In this document: piece by piece, positions 1 through 11,449 of the stretch
How the letters are laid out: the number at the start of each line of letters is the position of its first letter
Position numbering within the stretch: the first letter of the stretch is position 1
Source: Tetramitus jugosus
Taxonomy: Eukaryota > Protista > Heterolobosea
Reading direction: 5' to 3'
NCBI GenBank assembly: GCA_937625935.1
Contig: OW569351.1
Location: 580,260-644,259 of the forward strand
DNA: 64,000 nt
Made by a program: the position numbers and the translations under genes
The notes under the pieces: generated by a model
Seen by the model: the letters and a program-made list of their open reading frames with translations, nothing else
Databases searched by the model: none
Told to the model about the DNA's origin: nothing

Positions 1-983
1 AAAGTTGTACTCGCTCCTGATTTCTTCTGTTCACTCTGATCAGAATCGTTATTTGATTCACTCGTGCTATTGTTTAACTGATCACCAGTCGCAGTACTGT
101 CATCCTCTGTTTGGTCAGTAGTGGGAGAATGACCCAACACTCCACGTATGCACACTCCAACAGATCGACTCGTTTTTTTTGATCTCTTCACATCTTCTTC
201 TGCTTGTGCAATGGCATTTGCAAAATCAGTGATTGATTTAACAATGATTTGTGGTCCACCTTTTTGAACACCTCCACTTGTTGTTGCTGTTGCTGGTTGT
301 TGTAATGTACCATCACCAACAACACCATTACAGTCATTATTATCATTACTAGATGTGTCATTATCAACAACACTAGTCACAGGATCCGTACCAGTCACCC
401 CTCCACTATTGTTATTCACCTCAACAGTAGCAGCAGCAGCATCAGAAGAAGAAGAAACAGAAGAATTCACCGCAGCAATCTTAACTTTCAATTCTTGACC
501 ATCATACAGTGATAAACTATCAAAATGAGACATTGAATTGATGGATAAGAGTTCATTGACATCCATTCCGAACCGAAGAGCAATCGATGCGATACTATCT
601 CCACTCTGTACCAAATATTTTTGAATCATTGATTTTGTTGTTGTTGTTGTTGCTGCTGCTGCGTTATTATTATTCGTGTTAGTAGTAGTAGTGTTTTGAG
701 AAGGAGTAGTAGTAGCGGTGGTAGTAGCGGTAGTGGACACTGGAGGATTCACAATAGTGGTTGATAGAGTAGTGGTTTCAACGGGTGGTGGAACAGATGC
801 ATTCGATGTCAATGATGATGATGATGATTCACTTTTGTTTGTAGTTACATTTTCGTCATTTGTCGAATTGATTATGTGATTTTCGGGGAGTACTACTGTA
901 GTTGTTGTGTGATTGGTATTATTGTTATTGTTGTTGTTTTGTGTGACGGACAAAGTGGTTGTCTCGTTACTGTTCTGATCCAT
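1..983 (-). CDS. LysM-domain protein (possibly OXR1/TLDc-like), runs off the window start
   Basis: Hand translation from ATG at 983 (minus): low-complexity N/T-rich N-terminus, then QKYLVQSGDSIASIALRFGMDVNELLSINSM...LYDGQELKV (LysM consensus). Not in the ORF track, consistent with its stop lying outside the window. Confidence 0.7.
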   Translation of the reverse strand, partial: MDQNSNETTTLSVTQNNNNNNNTNHTTTTVVLPENHIINSTNDENVTTNKSESSSSSLTSNASVPPPVETTTLSTTIVNPPVSTTATTTATTTPSQNTTTTNTNNNNAAAATTTTTKSMIQKYLVQSGDSIASIALRFGMDVNELLSINSMSHFDSLSLYDGQELKVKIAAVNSSVSSSSDAAAATVEVNNNSGGVTGTDPVTSVVDNDTSSNDNNDCNGVVGDGTLQQPATATTSGGVQKGGPQIIVKSITDFANAIAQAEEDVKRSKKTSRSVGVCIRGVLGHSPTTDQTEDDSTATGDQLNNSTSESNNDSDQSEQKKSGASTT

Positions 984-1537
984 TCAATAGTTGTGGACAA
1001 ATACAATTATTATTATTATTCTTTGTGTGTTTGATTGGTTCTAAACAACCAGTGTCCTTTTGTTTTTTGGTGTCGTCGTTGATAGTGAGTATTGATGGTC
1101 CGAATCGCAAATATGAATCAAATTGGAGTTGATTGATGAGATTTATATCATATGATTGTTTTTGTGCAAAAGAGTTGTGTTGTTTGAAACTATCGATATC
1201 AGCTGTTTTTTGTTTTTGGGCGTTTTTTTGGACAGCAGGGCTATTTTGTCTTTGTTTGGGGATGTTCTCTTTGCTTGTGTGTTTCAGTTTGAATGTTTTT
1301 GATGTGGGGTTGCGTGTTTTTTTTTGTGCCTAGGGATGACCTCCCAAGGTAAACGTGTGCGTGTCATTGCGGACCAAGTCACTGTCACACTACGGAAACC
1401 AATCATCTGAGCACAGGGATAGGCAGAAAAAAGAAGGTAAATGAGAAACAACCACAACGAATGAGGAGCTCCCACGTAAAACAAAAAATTTCATTTATGT
1501 TCTCTATCTTTATATTAAATTGTAGGTTGTTGTTTGT

Positions 1538-2434
1538 TTAGATATCTGGATCATCATCTGGTTCAGCAATCTTAGTCTTTGCCAAAAACTCTTGCAGCTT
1601 CTTCTCATACACCTCATCTTCCAACATTTCAGCATGTGCCAACTTCTCCATTGTTTGAGAAACGACAGCCATTTGATGTTTCACGTGTTCATTGATCAAT
1701 TCGTGCTCCTTTGTAGCGAATGCTGGGAACGGAATCAAGTGTGGATCCTTCTTTTCGGTTCTTGTCGCCGCATCAAATTTCACTTGTTCAAACTTTCTTC
1801 TCGCTTGATTCGACAATTCGACCACTGATCTCATGGACAATGGTTCAGTCTGAGCCAATTCTGACAACATTTTTCTGTTCAATTGACAACCTGAGAGAGC
1901 CAATCCGTACATGAATTGATGATACTTGATACCAAATTCCTGTGTAGAGGCCTTAATGTTCTGTATCCACAGTGCTCTATAATCACGCTTCTTTTGCTTT
2001 CTGCCCTTGTATGCATGTTGAAGACCGTGTTCAACTATTATTATTATTATTATTATTGTTTTGACATCAATCATTCATATAATTATCATCATCATCATCA
2101 TCACACCAATGGGAATGCAATATTTTTTGTCGTGTGGTCGGTCATTTTGTTTCAGTCATTCCACATTGCAATTGTTGACATGATGTTCGTTTGCGCGAAT
2201 GTATGGTTGTTGAGAGTAAATTCGTTTGATGTTCAACAGTAAATCACATATCATGGATGATAGATAATAGAGCAAAAACAACGAAATGATAAGTTTTACC
2301 GTCGTGTGTGAAAAATGCGAGTGATGGAAAAAAGAAAGTGACGTACCTCTGTTGGCGGCTAGTCGGTAGCTACTCTTGCTTCTGCCATAGAAACCCTTGG
2401 CCAATTCGAAAATTTTGCTTCTTCTGTTGGTCAT
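1538..2434 (-). CDS. MRPL20: Mitochondrial ribosomal protein bL20m, 2 exons (2434-2347, 2034-1538; intron 2035-2346)
   Basis: Exon 1 MTNRRSKIFELAKGFYGRSKSSYRLAANR joins through a GT(ACGT)...(AAT)AG intron to VEHGLQHAYKGRKQKKRDYRALWIQNI...LNRKMLSELA, matching the L20 signature. Confidence 0.9.
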
Positions 2435-2564
2435 TTTTCGAAGTTTTAGTTTGTGGGTGTTGCACAATCAAAGAGAAAAATGTTTTGCGTTCTTTGTAAT
2501 GTGAAAAAGAATCGGCGACAACTATTCCCCGACTATTGATTTTGTATTGGGTTGGTATTGGCCT

Positions 2565-4376
2565 TTAGCTGACCATCACATGGACCATGCTCTTGTGTAC
2601 TTCTCCAAATATCGTGCTTTTCATATCCAACATTGATTCTCCATCGACTGAAATATTTTGAGGGAGCTTCTCAGGGTCGAGAAATTCAATTTTGTAAGCT
2701 CTTGTCTTCACTCTGGATATTTGCAGACGAGTGTCATTGGAAAACTCTCCCTTTCGACTCCAGTTGAAAGCTCCACGAAGGAGAACAACTCTTGGAAGTG
2801 GTACTGCATCGTTTGACAAATTTGATTCATGTTTTGAGCACTTTGACACCCACAAGAGCTCGACTTCACCGTCATTGAGAACGTTCTGCTCTATTTTCTT
2901 ATGACTTGCCGCAAATCGATCCAAATGATTGTTATTTACCGTCGCTATAAAGAGAAATTCTCCCTCAATCACCTTAACTCGATCCGATGGACTGTGTCGT
3001 CCCGTGGAATGCTCCTCGGTTTTATACTCTGGGAAGTACTTGTCGAGCAGTCTATGTTCCGTGTTTCCTTCGATGTACTGAATCCGTGCTCGAAAGTAAT
3101 GGTTTTTCGCGATGGCTTTCAGGGCTCCCAATAAGTAACGTGTGTCCCCATGAAGTCGATATCTCTTGAATTTGTCACTAAAGTGAACAATATCAGAAAA
3201 GAAACCCACTATCGACGTACACACAGCATATTGCTTCTCTCTGTTCTGATGGTACTCCAATACATCCATTGGTAGTGACTGTCCCTTGGCGATCATTGCA
3301 AAATAGAGACTGGCAAGTTGTCTATATTGAATGCTGGGAGTGTGGTGGTCAATGTCTGTCGGCACTGGATATCGATCTGCATTGAGAGTCATTGCTAATG
3401 AATTATTGGTTCCGGCAGGGATCACTGCAATGGATAACTTTCTATAAACCTCCTGTGCATCCGAGCGATTGCGTAACGCATTGACAATCTCGTGCACTAA
3501 GCCATCACCCCCAATGGCAACTATCACGTTATAGTCATAGATAAAATCACCTTCTGATATCAATGCAAAAGCATGATTGTAATACTTGGTTTCGAAGTGA
3601 GTGAAGGAGAAGAGATGTGGCATATTGTTTGAAGTGTTGCGGAACAGTGGGAATAGAACCTTGTTATACAACTTGTCACCACGAGAACCAGATTTGGGAT
3701 TCACGAATATCAATGCCTTCCCCGGTGTCTCAGATGTCCAGTGAGTAATCCTTTTCGTGAGAGCACTAATCCATCGATTACAAGCAGACATGTTGTCACA
3801 CAATATGGTGATGTAGCTCTCCTCTGGTGTCAATAGATGGCTCGTGTTGGGTATGGGAAGCACCATGATCTTGAACTGTTCGGGTAAACCGGATCGAAAC
3901 ACAGCGTAAATATCACTGTATGGAATGCTAAAGTACGGTATCGATTGTGTCACAGGTAGATGATCTGGATGAAAATTCAATTGACTCTCACCCAACTTCA
4001 ATTTGACTAGAACTGGATGTTTTGCGACATTCTCGACTTTTTCACTGTGAACCAAGTACCGAAAATCATAGGTCACCGTCAGTATCATTTCTGACAGGCT
4101 ATCACCCTCGATTTGCCTTTCGCGTAGATCAATATCGTCTAATCTGGCTTCCCTTCTTCTAAGGTTCTGCTGAGGTTCTGGCGATTGTCTTGGATTTTCA
4201 GGGACAGAATAGATCACATTGTTATTGTTGAGGGAGGTGCATTGATGATTGTTGATGGGCCACGAATGGACAGCGAGATACTCCTCAAGTTGAGGAAGAT
4301 GAGTATTAATGTATGAAAGGGAGTCATCGGGTGGAATTGTAGCTGGGCTTTGTGGTTGCTGGGGATATGAATTCAT
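2565..4376 (-). CDS. Sphingosine/ceramide kinase-like lipid kinase (DAGK catalytic family) with a possible PH-like N-terminal region
   Basis: Motifs FVNPKSG, AIGGDGLVHEIVN, IPAGTNNSLA, SVDGE. First ATG at 4376. Confidence 0.85.
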   Translation of the reverse strand: MNSYPQQPQSPATIPPDDSLSYINTHLPQLEEYLAVHSWPINNHQCTSLNNNNVIYSVPENPRQSPEPQQNLRRREARLDDIDLRERQIEGDSLSEMILTVTYDFRYLVHSEKVENVAKHPVLVKLKLGESQLNFHPDHLPVTQSIPYFSIPYSDIYAVFRSGLPEQFKIMVLPIPNTSHLLTPEESYITILCDNMSACNRWISALTKRITHWTSETPGKALIFVNPKSGSRGDKLYNKVLFPLFRNTSNNMPHLFSFTHFETKYYNHAFALISEGDFIYDYNVIVAIGGDGLVHEIVNALRNRSDAQEVYRKLSIAVIPAGTNNSLAMTLNADRYPVPTDIDHHTPSIQYRQLASLYFAMIAKGQSLPMDVLEYHQNREKQYAVCTSIVGFFSDIVHFSDKFKRYRLHGDTRYLLGALKAIAKNHYFRARIQYIEGNTEHRLLDKYFPEYKTEEHSTGRHSPSDRVKVIEGEFLFIATVNNNHLDRFAASHKKIEQNVLNDGEVELLWVSKCSKHESNLSNDAVPLPRVVLLRGAFNWSRKGEFSNDTRLQISRVKTRAYKIEFLDPEKLPQNISVDGESMLDMKSTIFGEVHKSMVHVMVS

Positions 4377-4742
4377 TTGTTTCAAGTTATCTGAATGTAT
4401 GATTTGGTTGTATTCCAGAAGTTTTAATCCCAAAAAAGAAATGCCATATTTTTATCGTCAAAATTGGCAGATTCTCGCTACAATTTCTTTGCATAAAATT
4501 GCATCAAACACGCTTCCATGGAGTTCTTGGAGTTTATTCGACACGTTGTAATTCTCCGATGAGATAAGCTTCACCGAGCTTGAAGAAAACACGTTGTACG
4601 GAGCGATGTTCAAACCACCGGAGACAGCACTACGTGTTTTTGTTTCTTCTTGTCAACCATGCTACACCTTTATAAACAAGTTATTCCATCGGCATGACTT
4701 TTGTTCTCTCTCATAAAAACAAAAAACAATTAATTAAGAATT

Positions 4743-5678
4743 ATGAGAGCTATCACTATTGCTTTGCTTGTAGCCATGTTTGTAGCATGTGCTTCTGCTT
4801 ACACCTTGATCAACGATGTCAACATGATTGACAGAGTTAACTCCAACCCAAAGGCTTCCTGGAAGGCAAAGGCCCACAAGAAGTTCGAAGGTATGACCAT
4901 GGAACAAATGAAGAAGACTCTTGGTAACTTTATGCCAGTCCAAGAAACTTTGCACATTGAGAGACACAACCCTGTTGTCAAGTCCAACATCCCTGACGAG
5001 TTCGACGGTAGAAAGGCTTTCGGTAACTGCATTGGTCCAATCAGAGATCAAGCTCACTGCGGTTCCTGCTGGGCAATGTCCAGCGCTGCTGCCATGTCCG
5101 ACAGATTCTGCATTGCTTCCAAGAACAACAGCTATGTTGAATTGTCCCCACAATACATTGTTTCCTGCGACTCTAGCAACTATGGTTGCGATGGTGGTTA
5201 TTTGGACTTGGTCTGGAAGTTCTTGGCTACCACTGGTACTGTCTCTGAGAAATGCGACCCATACTCCTCTGGAACTGGTCACGTTGAATCTTGCCCAAGA
5301 ACCTGCAAGGACGGATCCAAGATTGACACCTACAAGATGGACAGAAGCAGCATCAAGCTCTTCGACCCAAAGAACATTGAAGCTATGCAAGAGGACATCA
5401 TGACCTACGGATCTGTCCAAATCGGCTTCAGAGTCTACCAAGATTTCTTCTCCTACAGCTCCGGTGTCTACAGACATTTGCACGGTGGTTTGGCAGGCGG
5501 TCACGCTGTCAAGGTTATCGGCTGGGGTCACGATTCCGCTTCCAACCTCCCATACTGGATTGTTGCCAACTCCTGGGGCGAGTCTTGGGGCATGGACGGC
5601 TTCTTCTGGATCTTGAGAGGCGCAAACGAGTGTGACTTGGAATCTCAAATGTTCTCCGCTAGACCATTGTTGAACTAA
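4743..5678 (+). CDS. Cathepsin B-like cysteine protease (C1A), secreted preproenzyme
   Basis: Signal peptide; DQAHCGSCWA (catalytic C), GGHAVK (H), ANSWG (N). Strong C-ending codon bias. Confidence 0.95.
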   Translation: MRAITIALLVAMFVACASAYTLINDVNMIDRVNSNPKASWKAKAHKKFEGMTMEQMKKTLGNFMPVQETLHIERHNPVVKSNIPDEFDGRKAFGNCIGPIRDQAHCGSCWAMSSAAAMSDRFCIASKNNSYVELSPQYIVSCDSSNYGCDGGYLDLVWKFLATTGTVSEKCDPYSSGTGHVESCPRTCKDGSKIDTYKMDRSSIKLFDPKNIEAMQEDIMTYGSVQIGFRVYQDFFSYSSGVYRHLHGGLAGGHAVKVIGWGHDSASNLPYWIVANSWGESWGMDGFFWILRGANECDLESQMFSARPLLN

Positions 5679-6101
5679 TTCACTGATCGATTGATGTACT
5701 AGTAAATATTTGACATATTATTGCTCAAGCAACTCAACTTGTTTATCACGTCGTCTAAGAAGTTTGATTTTCCTTGTTTCTTCGTTCGAATCTCGTGTGT
5801 TCTTCTTCTTGCTAATCTTGAGGAGTAACTAACATCTTCTTCCACTTCACCTAGGATTCATCTTCATCCTCGAGGATTGCTTCGGTCTTTGCTCAATGAG
5901 AACTGAAGAACATTGTGTTGTTGCTCGTTGCAAGATGGTAGTACTTGACCACTGTTTGGTCCAAGAAATGATCAATAATGTGGATGATCAATCATGTCCG
6001 CCTGTCGTAAATTAACAACTCCAAAAAGATCGTTCAACCAGGATGCAAAAATAAAGTTGTCCCTTGAAAGGAATTGGACCACAAGATCAGAAAAGCTGAA
6101 A

Positions 6102-8027
6102 ATGAGCAAAAAGAACAGATCATCCTCGAGTCACACCAACAAGAAGAAGAACCAAGCACCAAAATCCATGTCTTCATCATCAGAGCCTCCCTTGGATAAA
6201 ATATCTGTTCTCCAGAGCGACGACAAGCACAATCTCGATCAGAATGCAACAGTTGCGTCTGGAGAACTGAAGAATCAGAGCTCCATGGTCATAATGAGAG
6301 CGAATGGTGAAAACAACAATCGTAGCGGTGATAACGATGAGATCATTGTTCCCAATGTGATTCAATTACAACAAGTGCAGCAGGACGAAGATGTGAACGA
6401 GATGCTCTTGAATGCACCTTCCATAGCAAACACCTCTACTCTCACTGATGCGGGTGCAGAGAAATTGTTGGAAGAGAAGCTCCATGAGATCAAAAATGAT
6501 CAACAGCAGTCTACGAGTGTCAATGCAGAGCATAAGGCAGATGAAATGAATAGTGATGTGGAGAGTGATGCAGAGGTTGAATCTCCGGAAGATCATGACG
6601 ATGAAGATGAACACAAGTCAGCCACCATGAGACGATCCATGAGTCACATGGGCAAATTTATGATTATTACAGAGTTGCCTACGAACAAGATGATAAGCAC
6701 AGGTGTTTTACTGTTTGAACACAATCCACAAAAGATGAATCAAGAAGTGTTCAAGAGACTGTTGTTTGAACGAGTCATTCGCAAGTACACGCGTTTTCGA
6801 AGCCTTGTAAACGAAGACACCAATGAGTTTGAAGAAATGTGCGATGACTCGTTCAATATTGACAATCATTTCCACACTGAGAGCATTCGTTTCACTCGCA
6901 AAAGAAGGTACAGTCCAGAGAAGAATGCCCAGTTGGAAGAAAGATGTCTGAGGCGATTGATGAGTCGTGTAATTACGAGGCCATTCAACAAGAGTCTACC
7001 ATTGTGGGATGTCATTACAGTTGACGACTATTCAAAGGGATTTCTAGTCATGTGGCGAATTCATCACTGCATAGGTGATGGAACATCGTTGGCCATGGTC
7101 GTAGCCGAGATGGGTGACAATTCTCATGTACCTGAACAATTCAAGAGCTTGAAAGAAAAGTATACTCCGAGTGAGACTCATCACTGGTTCTTGAGTCGGA
7201 AGCTCATTCGTTTGGTGCACTCTATATTGTTGGTGCTATTGTTCTTGCTTGGATGTATCCGTATTTTGATCAAATGGACATTTATGGCTTTAAGTGGACC
7301 AGATCCACCTACCAGATTCAAGGGGCAACTAACCGAGGAGAAAATTGTTGGATTCAAGAGCAAGAAAATAAAGTTGACACAGGTAAAGGAGGTGGGTAAA
7401 GTGCTCAAGACCACAGTGAATGATGTCGTCATGTCATGTTTCGCTGGAGCACTAGACAGATATTGTAAGGAAAAGGGAGATGAAGTAACTCAGAGAATGG
7501 TCCGATTGAGTATTCCTGTCAACATTAGAACTGACTTGCATGAGATGCTCACTCCTTCTAACAAGTTTGGTTTCATTGTTTGTAAGTTGCCGCTCGGTAT
7601 CAACGACACACTCATGAGACTAAAGCAAGTGAAGAAGGAGATGGATTATAACAAGAGACTGCCTGAACAGGTGTTCTCATACTATGTGGGATTGGTGACT
7701 GGTTATCTACCAAAATCATTCGTGAGACATAGTTTCAATCTATTGTCGTCCTATCAGACAGCAGTGTTGACAAACATTAGAGGACCGACTGAGGAGATCG
7801 CCATGAATGGTGTCAAAGTCTTGGATATAACGGCATTTGCTCCTCAACCTGGTGGGGTTGGTGTAGGAGCATTGGCCCTCAGCTACAATGGCTATTTGAA
7901 TATCACTGTAGTTGGCGATCAACATCTGTTGCCTGATGCGCATGTGATTGCTGATTATATTATCGAGGAATTTCAAGTATTGTATCAAATTATCAAGGCT
8001 GACACACTGGATAAGTGCTGGGAATAA
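6102..8027 (+). CDS. Wax ester synthase/diacylglycerol acyltransferase (WS/DGAT)
   Basis: HHCIGDG active-site motif, PLW, TVNDV, IPVNIR, TNIRGP, SYNG. Start may be 5994 or 6102. Confidence 0.9.
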   Translation: MSKKNRSSSSHTNKKKNQAPKSMSSSSEPPLDKISVLQSDDKHNLDQNATVASGELKNQSSMVIMRANGENNNRSGDNDEIIVPNVIQLQQVQQDEDVNEMLLNAPSIANTSTLTDAGAEKLLEEKLHEIKNDQQQSTSVNAEHKADEMNSDVESDAEVESPEDHDDEDEHKSATMRRSMSHMGKFMIITELPTNKMISTGVLLFEHNPQKMNQEVFKRLLFERVIRKYTRFRSLVNEDTNEFEEMCDDSFNIDNHFHTESIRFTRKRRYSPEKNAQLEERCLRRLMSRVITRPFNKSLPLWDVITVDDYSKGFLVMWRIHHCIGDGTSLAMVVAEMGDNSHVPEQFKSLKEKYTPSETHHWFLSRKLIRLVHSILLVLLFLLGCIRILIKWTFMALSGPDPPTRFKGQLTEEKIVGFKSKKIKLTQVKEVGKVLKTTVNDVVMSCFAGALDRYCKEKGDEVTQRMVRLSIPVNIRTDLHEMLTPSNKFGFIVCKLPLGINDTLMRLKQVKKEMDYNKRLPEQVFSYYVGLVTGYLPKSFVRHSFNLLSSYQTAVLTNIRGPTEEIAMNGVKVLDITAFAPQPGGVGVGALALSYNGYLNITVVGDQHLLPDAHVIADYIIEEFQVLYQIIKADTLDKCWE

Positions 8028-8408
8028 GAAAACGGAAATGTCGGATGAGCGATTGTTCCAGAATACAGCCATGTTCTGTCCTTCATCTTTCCTAAACATG
8101 AACGGTACGACATGCAACCGGAAGAACAACAATAAAGGAGGAGTGGCAATTTCCATTCGATTATCAACACACATACAACCAATTGATGAGGGTTTGACAG
8201 TGGTGGTGGGTGGGGGATTGGATGGGGAATATTGGGTGTTGATTGGATCGTGGAGGACAAAGTGACGATTTTTGTTTTTTGTGTAATGTGAAAGTCCGTA
8301 CGTGAGAAAAACGCGGGAGAAAACAAGTCAGTTCATCTGTTGTCAACTTCAGATGTTGGCCGGCAAATTTTCAAGTAATTGCAACAATTCACATTCCAAA
8401 AACAAAGA

Positions 8409-8756
8409 ATGCTCGTCAATGATTTAAACACGATACCAGTGTCCTATCTCTCCCATGATCAAGACGTAGAGAAGAGAGTCATTTTGAAGAATGGAGACGT
8501 CCCGAACATCACCCAATTTGCACAAGCAATCCTCCAGCCAGGTCAAGTGGTTACGAGGCACAAACACAGTGATATGAACGAAGTATTCCTGGTCCAGAGT
8601 GGATCCGCTGAGATGGAAGTGGATGGTAGAGTGTTTGAAATTCGTAGAGGAATGGTCGTGACTGTTCAACCTGGAGAGTTCCATTCGATCGTCAACAATA
8701 ATCCAAAGGAAGAATTGGTTTTATTGTACTTTGGAGTGTTGCAGAACGCTGAGTGA
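8409..8756 (+). CDS. Cupin-2 domain protein
   Basis: PGQVVTRHKHSDMNEVFLVQSG...VQPGEFHSIVN (HxH..E / H cupin motifs). Confidence 0.85.
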   Translation: MLVNDLNTIPVSYLSHDQDVEKRVILKNGDVPNITQFAQAILQPGQVVTRHKHSDMNEVFLVQSGSAEMEVDGRVFEIRRGMVVTVQPGEFHSIVNNNPKEELVLLYFGVLQNAE

Positions 8757-8820
8757 AGAAGAAGAAGTTTACATGATAACCTACTACGACGACAATAAGG
8801 GATGAGTTAGAATCTCAACT

Positions 8821-11061
8821 TTAGATGGTTACATTTGGGTTGATCATATCCTTGATCAATGTGGAATAGTATGGAGGGATGACTGCTGTTGGATTCGATG
8901 CCTTCACTCTGTCAAAGTACTTCTTGTACACTTGGCCGTCATAGCAACCCAATGGTGAATTAATAATAAAATCTGAAAGATTGAAACTGTCGACAATGCT
9001 GATACTATCGCGTCTAATTTCCTTCATTAGTTCACGCACTCTTTGTCCAAGCATCTTGTACTGCTTGGATGACATGTAATCTTCTGACAATAGAATGGTT
9101 GCGTCCTGTTCGAGACACATGTGACAAACGAACAAATCGCAAATGTTCTTAAGGACGCGATGAACGGAGGCATCAGAGGTATTCTCAGCCACTGCTTCCA
9201 TGAAAGACTCTGCCATATAGAGATAGCAGTGAGCCTTGGCACAGGACAACAGGTCAACTTGACATTCGTTCCATGCAATCGGCATATTCTTTTTTCTGTC
9301 TTTTCCAATGATTTTTTGAGCGCGAAGACCAGTGTTGGACAACAGTTTAGCACTCTTGAATCTTAGGGCATGCAATTGAACTTTGACATCACTAAAGTCC
9401 TCTGGTGATTTAGCTTCACACTTTTCTGTCAATAAGGTCATCAGATCTGTGAGATAAGCGACAGATGTATTGGAAATATCGGACTTTGTTCTACCAGTTG
9501 TCACAGCAATAATAGTTTTCAACAAATAGCGAGACGTCTGTTGAGCTAGTACTGAGTTCTGCCCATCCCAAGTTTGCTGCACAGCAGAATCGGCCAACAT
9601 TTGTGGGAATCCACTATACGCACTATAGCCATGTCCCCCACAAGCTTGTCTACATGATTCAATACCTTCATAGGTGATCCATGTGGTGTATGCCTTCAGA
9701 CCAGCACTCAGATTGTGCAAATCTGGTAAAATAGAGGACACAATGCCCTTCTCTTGATCATGAAGGGCTCTGTTGTGCACATTATTGAGTTTTGCAGCAG
9801 AAAAATGCATGGCAAAGGCTGCACTCACGTATGGGAACAAGCGATATTGGTGACTCTGGTAGTCCATAATCTTCTGCTCAGCATCCAAGCTAGTCGTATG
9901 GAACTGGCGTCTCACACATCCATATCTAATAGCAATCGTCAATGCTCTTTGGAGATCGACTGAGGATTGACCAGCAATATCGATTCTGGCAGGCACTACA
10001 GCACCGTATGCCAACTGTGGCAGAGGAGGTGGAGTGTACTTTCCTTCTCTTGATACTTGAGCCCATTTCATCAACATGTGGCCTCTAGGGATACGCACGC
10101 GTGTAAACTGAATCCAACCATTATCGATTGTATCCCGACCCATCTTTTTTCCGATATCTCCGAACGCGACTCCCATCATTGGCTCATGCGTTCTCAAGTC
10201 ACGCAACTGAACCAAGAACGAGTGAGGTCCATAACTCTTTCCAGCAATGCACAGTTGGGCAAATACAACAGCATGAGTAGCCGTGGATCCAGCACCGCCA
10301 ATCCACCACTTGGTCGACGTGTCAGTAGGAGAATGAATCACGAATTCATCGCGATCCGCATCAAATGTCGCAGTGGTCTCTAATCCTCTCAAGTAACTTC
10401 CATGACCCAGTTCTGTCATTGCGAACACACCGTAAATCTGCAAGGATTCAGCCAATGGAACCACCTTGTTCCTCAACTCATCATGTCCCTGTCCCTTGAT
10501 TGCATTCATAAACAGACCACAATGAACTCCGAATCGAGTAAATGAACCGGGATCAGATACAGACAACAGACTCCATACGTGACGATTGGCAATACCAATC
10601 ATTCTCTCTCTTTCACTTGCATCCATATTCTTATCCTTGTTCAGAAGCAACTTGTCCATCTCTAATGCAATGTTTTTAAAAAACATGGGTCCCTTTCTCG
10701 CCTTTTTCATACTAATCTCTCTCAATTCCTCCAGATTCTTATCATAATTATCAACCTGTCCAAACACTACATCTCTCTCCATCAATTGCATTGCATATTC
10801 CTTGATCAGTGTCACGTCTTCACCTTCACTCAGAATGTGAGTCAATGCACGAATGGATTGAGGGTTCAAAATGGATTGACGTCGTTCCTCTTCCAGTGGA
10901 GATGACAATGATTGGACAGTAGCAGCAGCGTCAGCAGCAGCAGAAGTATGATTCAGTTGAATCGCTTGGGCCGAGTGGTTGTTATGGATTGATACTTCAT
11001 CAGCAGGTGTCAAGTGAGCCTGCAAAACTTGTAATCGGTTACGAATCTGTTGAGTGGACAT
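8821..11061 (-). CDS. ACOX: Peroxisomal acyl-CoA oxidase with N-terminal PTS2
   Basis: FAMTELGHGS, KWWIGG, DNGWIQF, CRQACGGHGY; PTS2 nonapeptide RLQVLQAHL. Confidence 0.92.
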   Translation of the reverse strand: MSTQQIRNRLQVLQAHLTPADEVSIHNNHSAQAIQLNHTSAAADAAATVQSLSSPLEEERRQSILNPQSIRALTHILSEGEDVTLIKEYAMQLMERDVVFGQVDNYDKNLEELREISMKKARKGPMFFKNIALEMDKLLLNKDKNMDASERERMIGIANRHVWSLLSVSDPGSFTRFGVHCGLFMNAIKGQGHDELRNKVVPLAESLQIYGVFAMTELGHGSYLRGLETTATFDADRDEFVIHSPTDTSTKWWIGGAGSTATHAVVFAQLCIAGKSYGPHSFLVQLRDLRTHEPMMGVAFGDIGKKMGRDTIDNGWIQFTRVRIPRGHMLMKWAQVSREGKYTPPPLPQLAYGAVVPARIDIAGQSSVDLQRALTIAIRYGCVRRQFHTTSLDAEQKIMDYQSHQYRLFPYVSAAFAMHFSAAKLNNVHNRALHDQEKGIVSSILPDLHNLSAGLKAYTTWITYEGIESCRQACGGHGYSAYSGFPQMLADSAVQQTWDGQNSVLAQQTSRYLLKTIIAVTTGRTKSDISNTSVAYLTDLMTLLTEKCEAKSPEDFSDVKVQLHALRFKSAKLLSNTGLRAQKIIGKDRKKNMPIAWNECQVDLLSCAKAHCYLYMAESFMEAVAENTSDASVHRVLKNICDLFVCHMCLEQDATILLSEDYMSSKQYKMLGQRVRELMKEIRRDSISIVDSFNLSDFIINSPLGCYDGQVYKKYFDRVKASNPTAVIPPYYSTLIKDMINPNVTI

Positions 11062-11449
11062 TCTGAACAAGCAATTAATGGCACTAGTGTGATTGGATTG
11101 TTGTTGTCAGGTTTTTTTTTCCGGACAATATCCGCTTTGATCATCTTGTTCCGATATTCTCCATGAGACAATTTACTCCGTTGGCCGATGATGACAGCAA
11201 AAAAAAAAAAAAACAAGTTCGCCCACAAAAGAAGAACGAATTTTCTGCCTTGTTTCTTCACCAGTTCCACCACTCACCTTCCTCGAACCCCTATTACTTT
11301 CGTTAGACAGTTTGTTGCCTCTCAATACTACAGTGAAAAAAAATCATCTGAAGAATCATTTTTTTTTTGTTGCCACCATTGATTGATTTGAGCGAGAGCT
11401 AAAAAAGAATACATTTTTCACTCAGCAGCAGCAGCACACAGTGATAATA

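Noticed and set aside
4734-5648. 304-aa antisense ORF over the cathepsin gene
   Set aside because: Explained by strong codon bias of the sense gene; no motifs.
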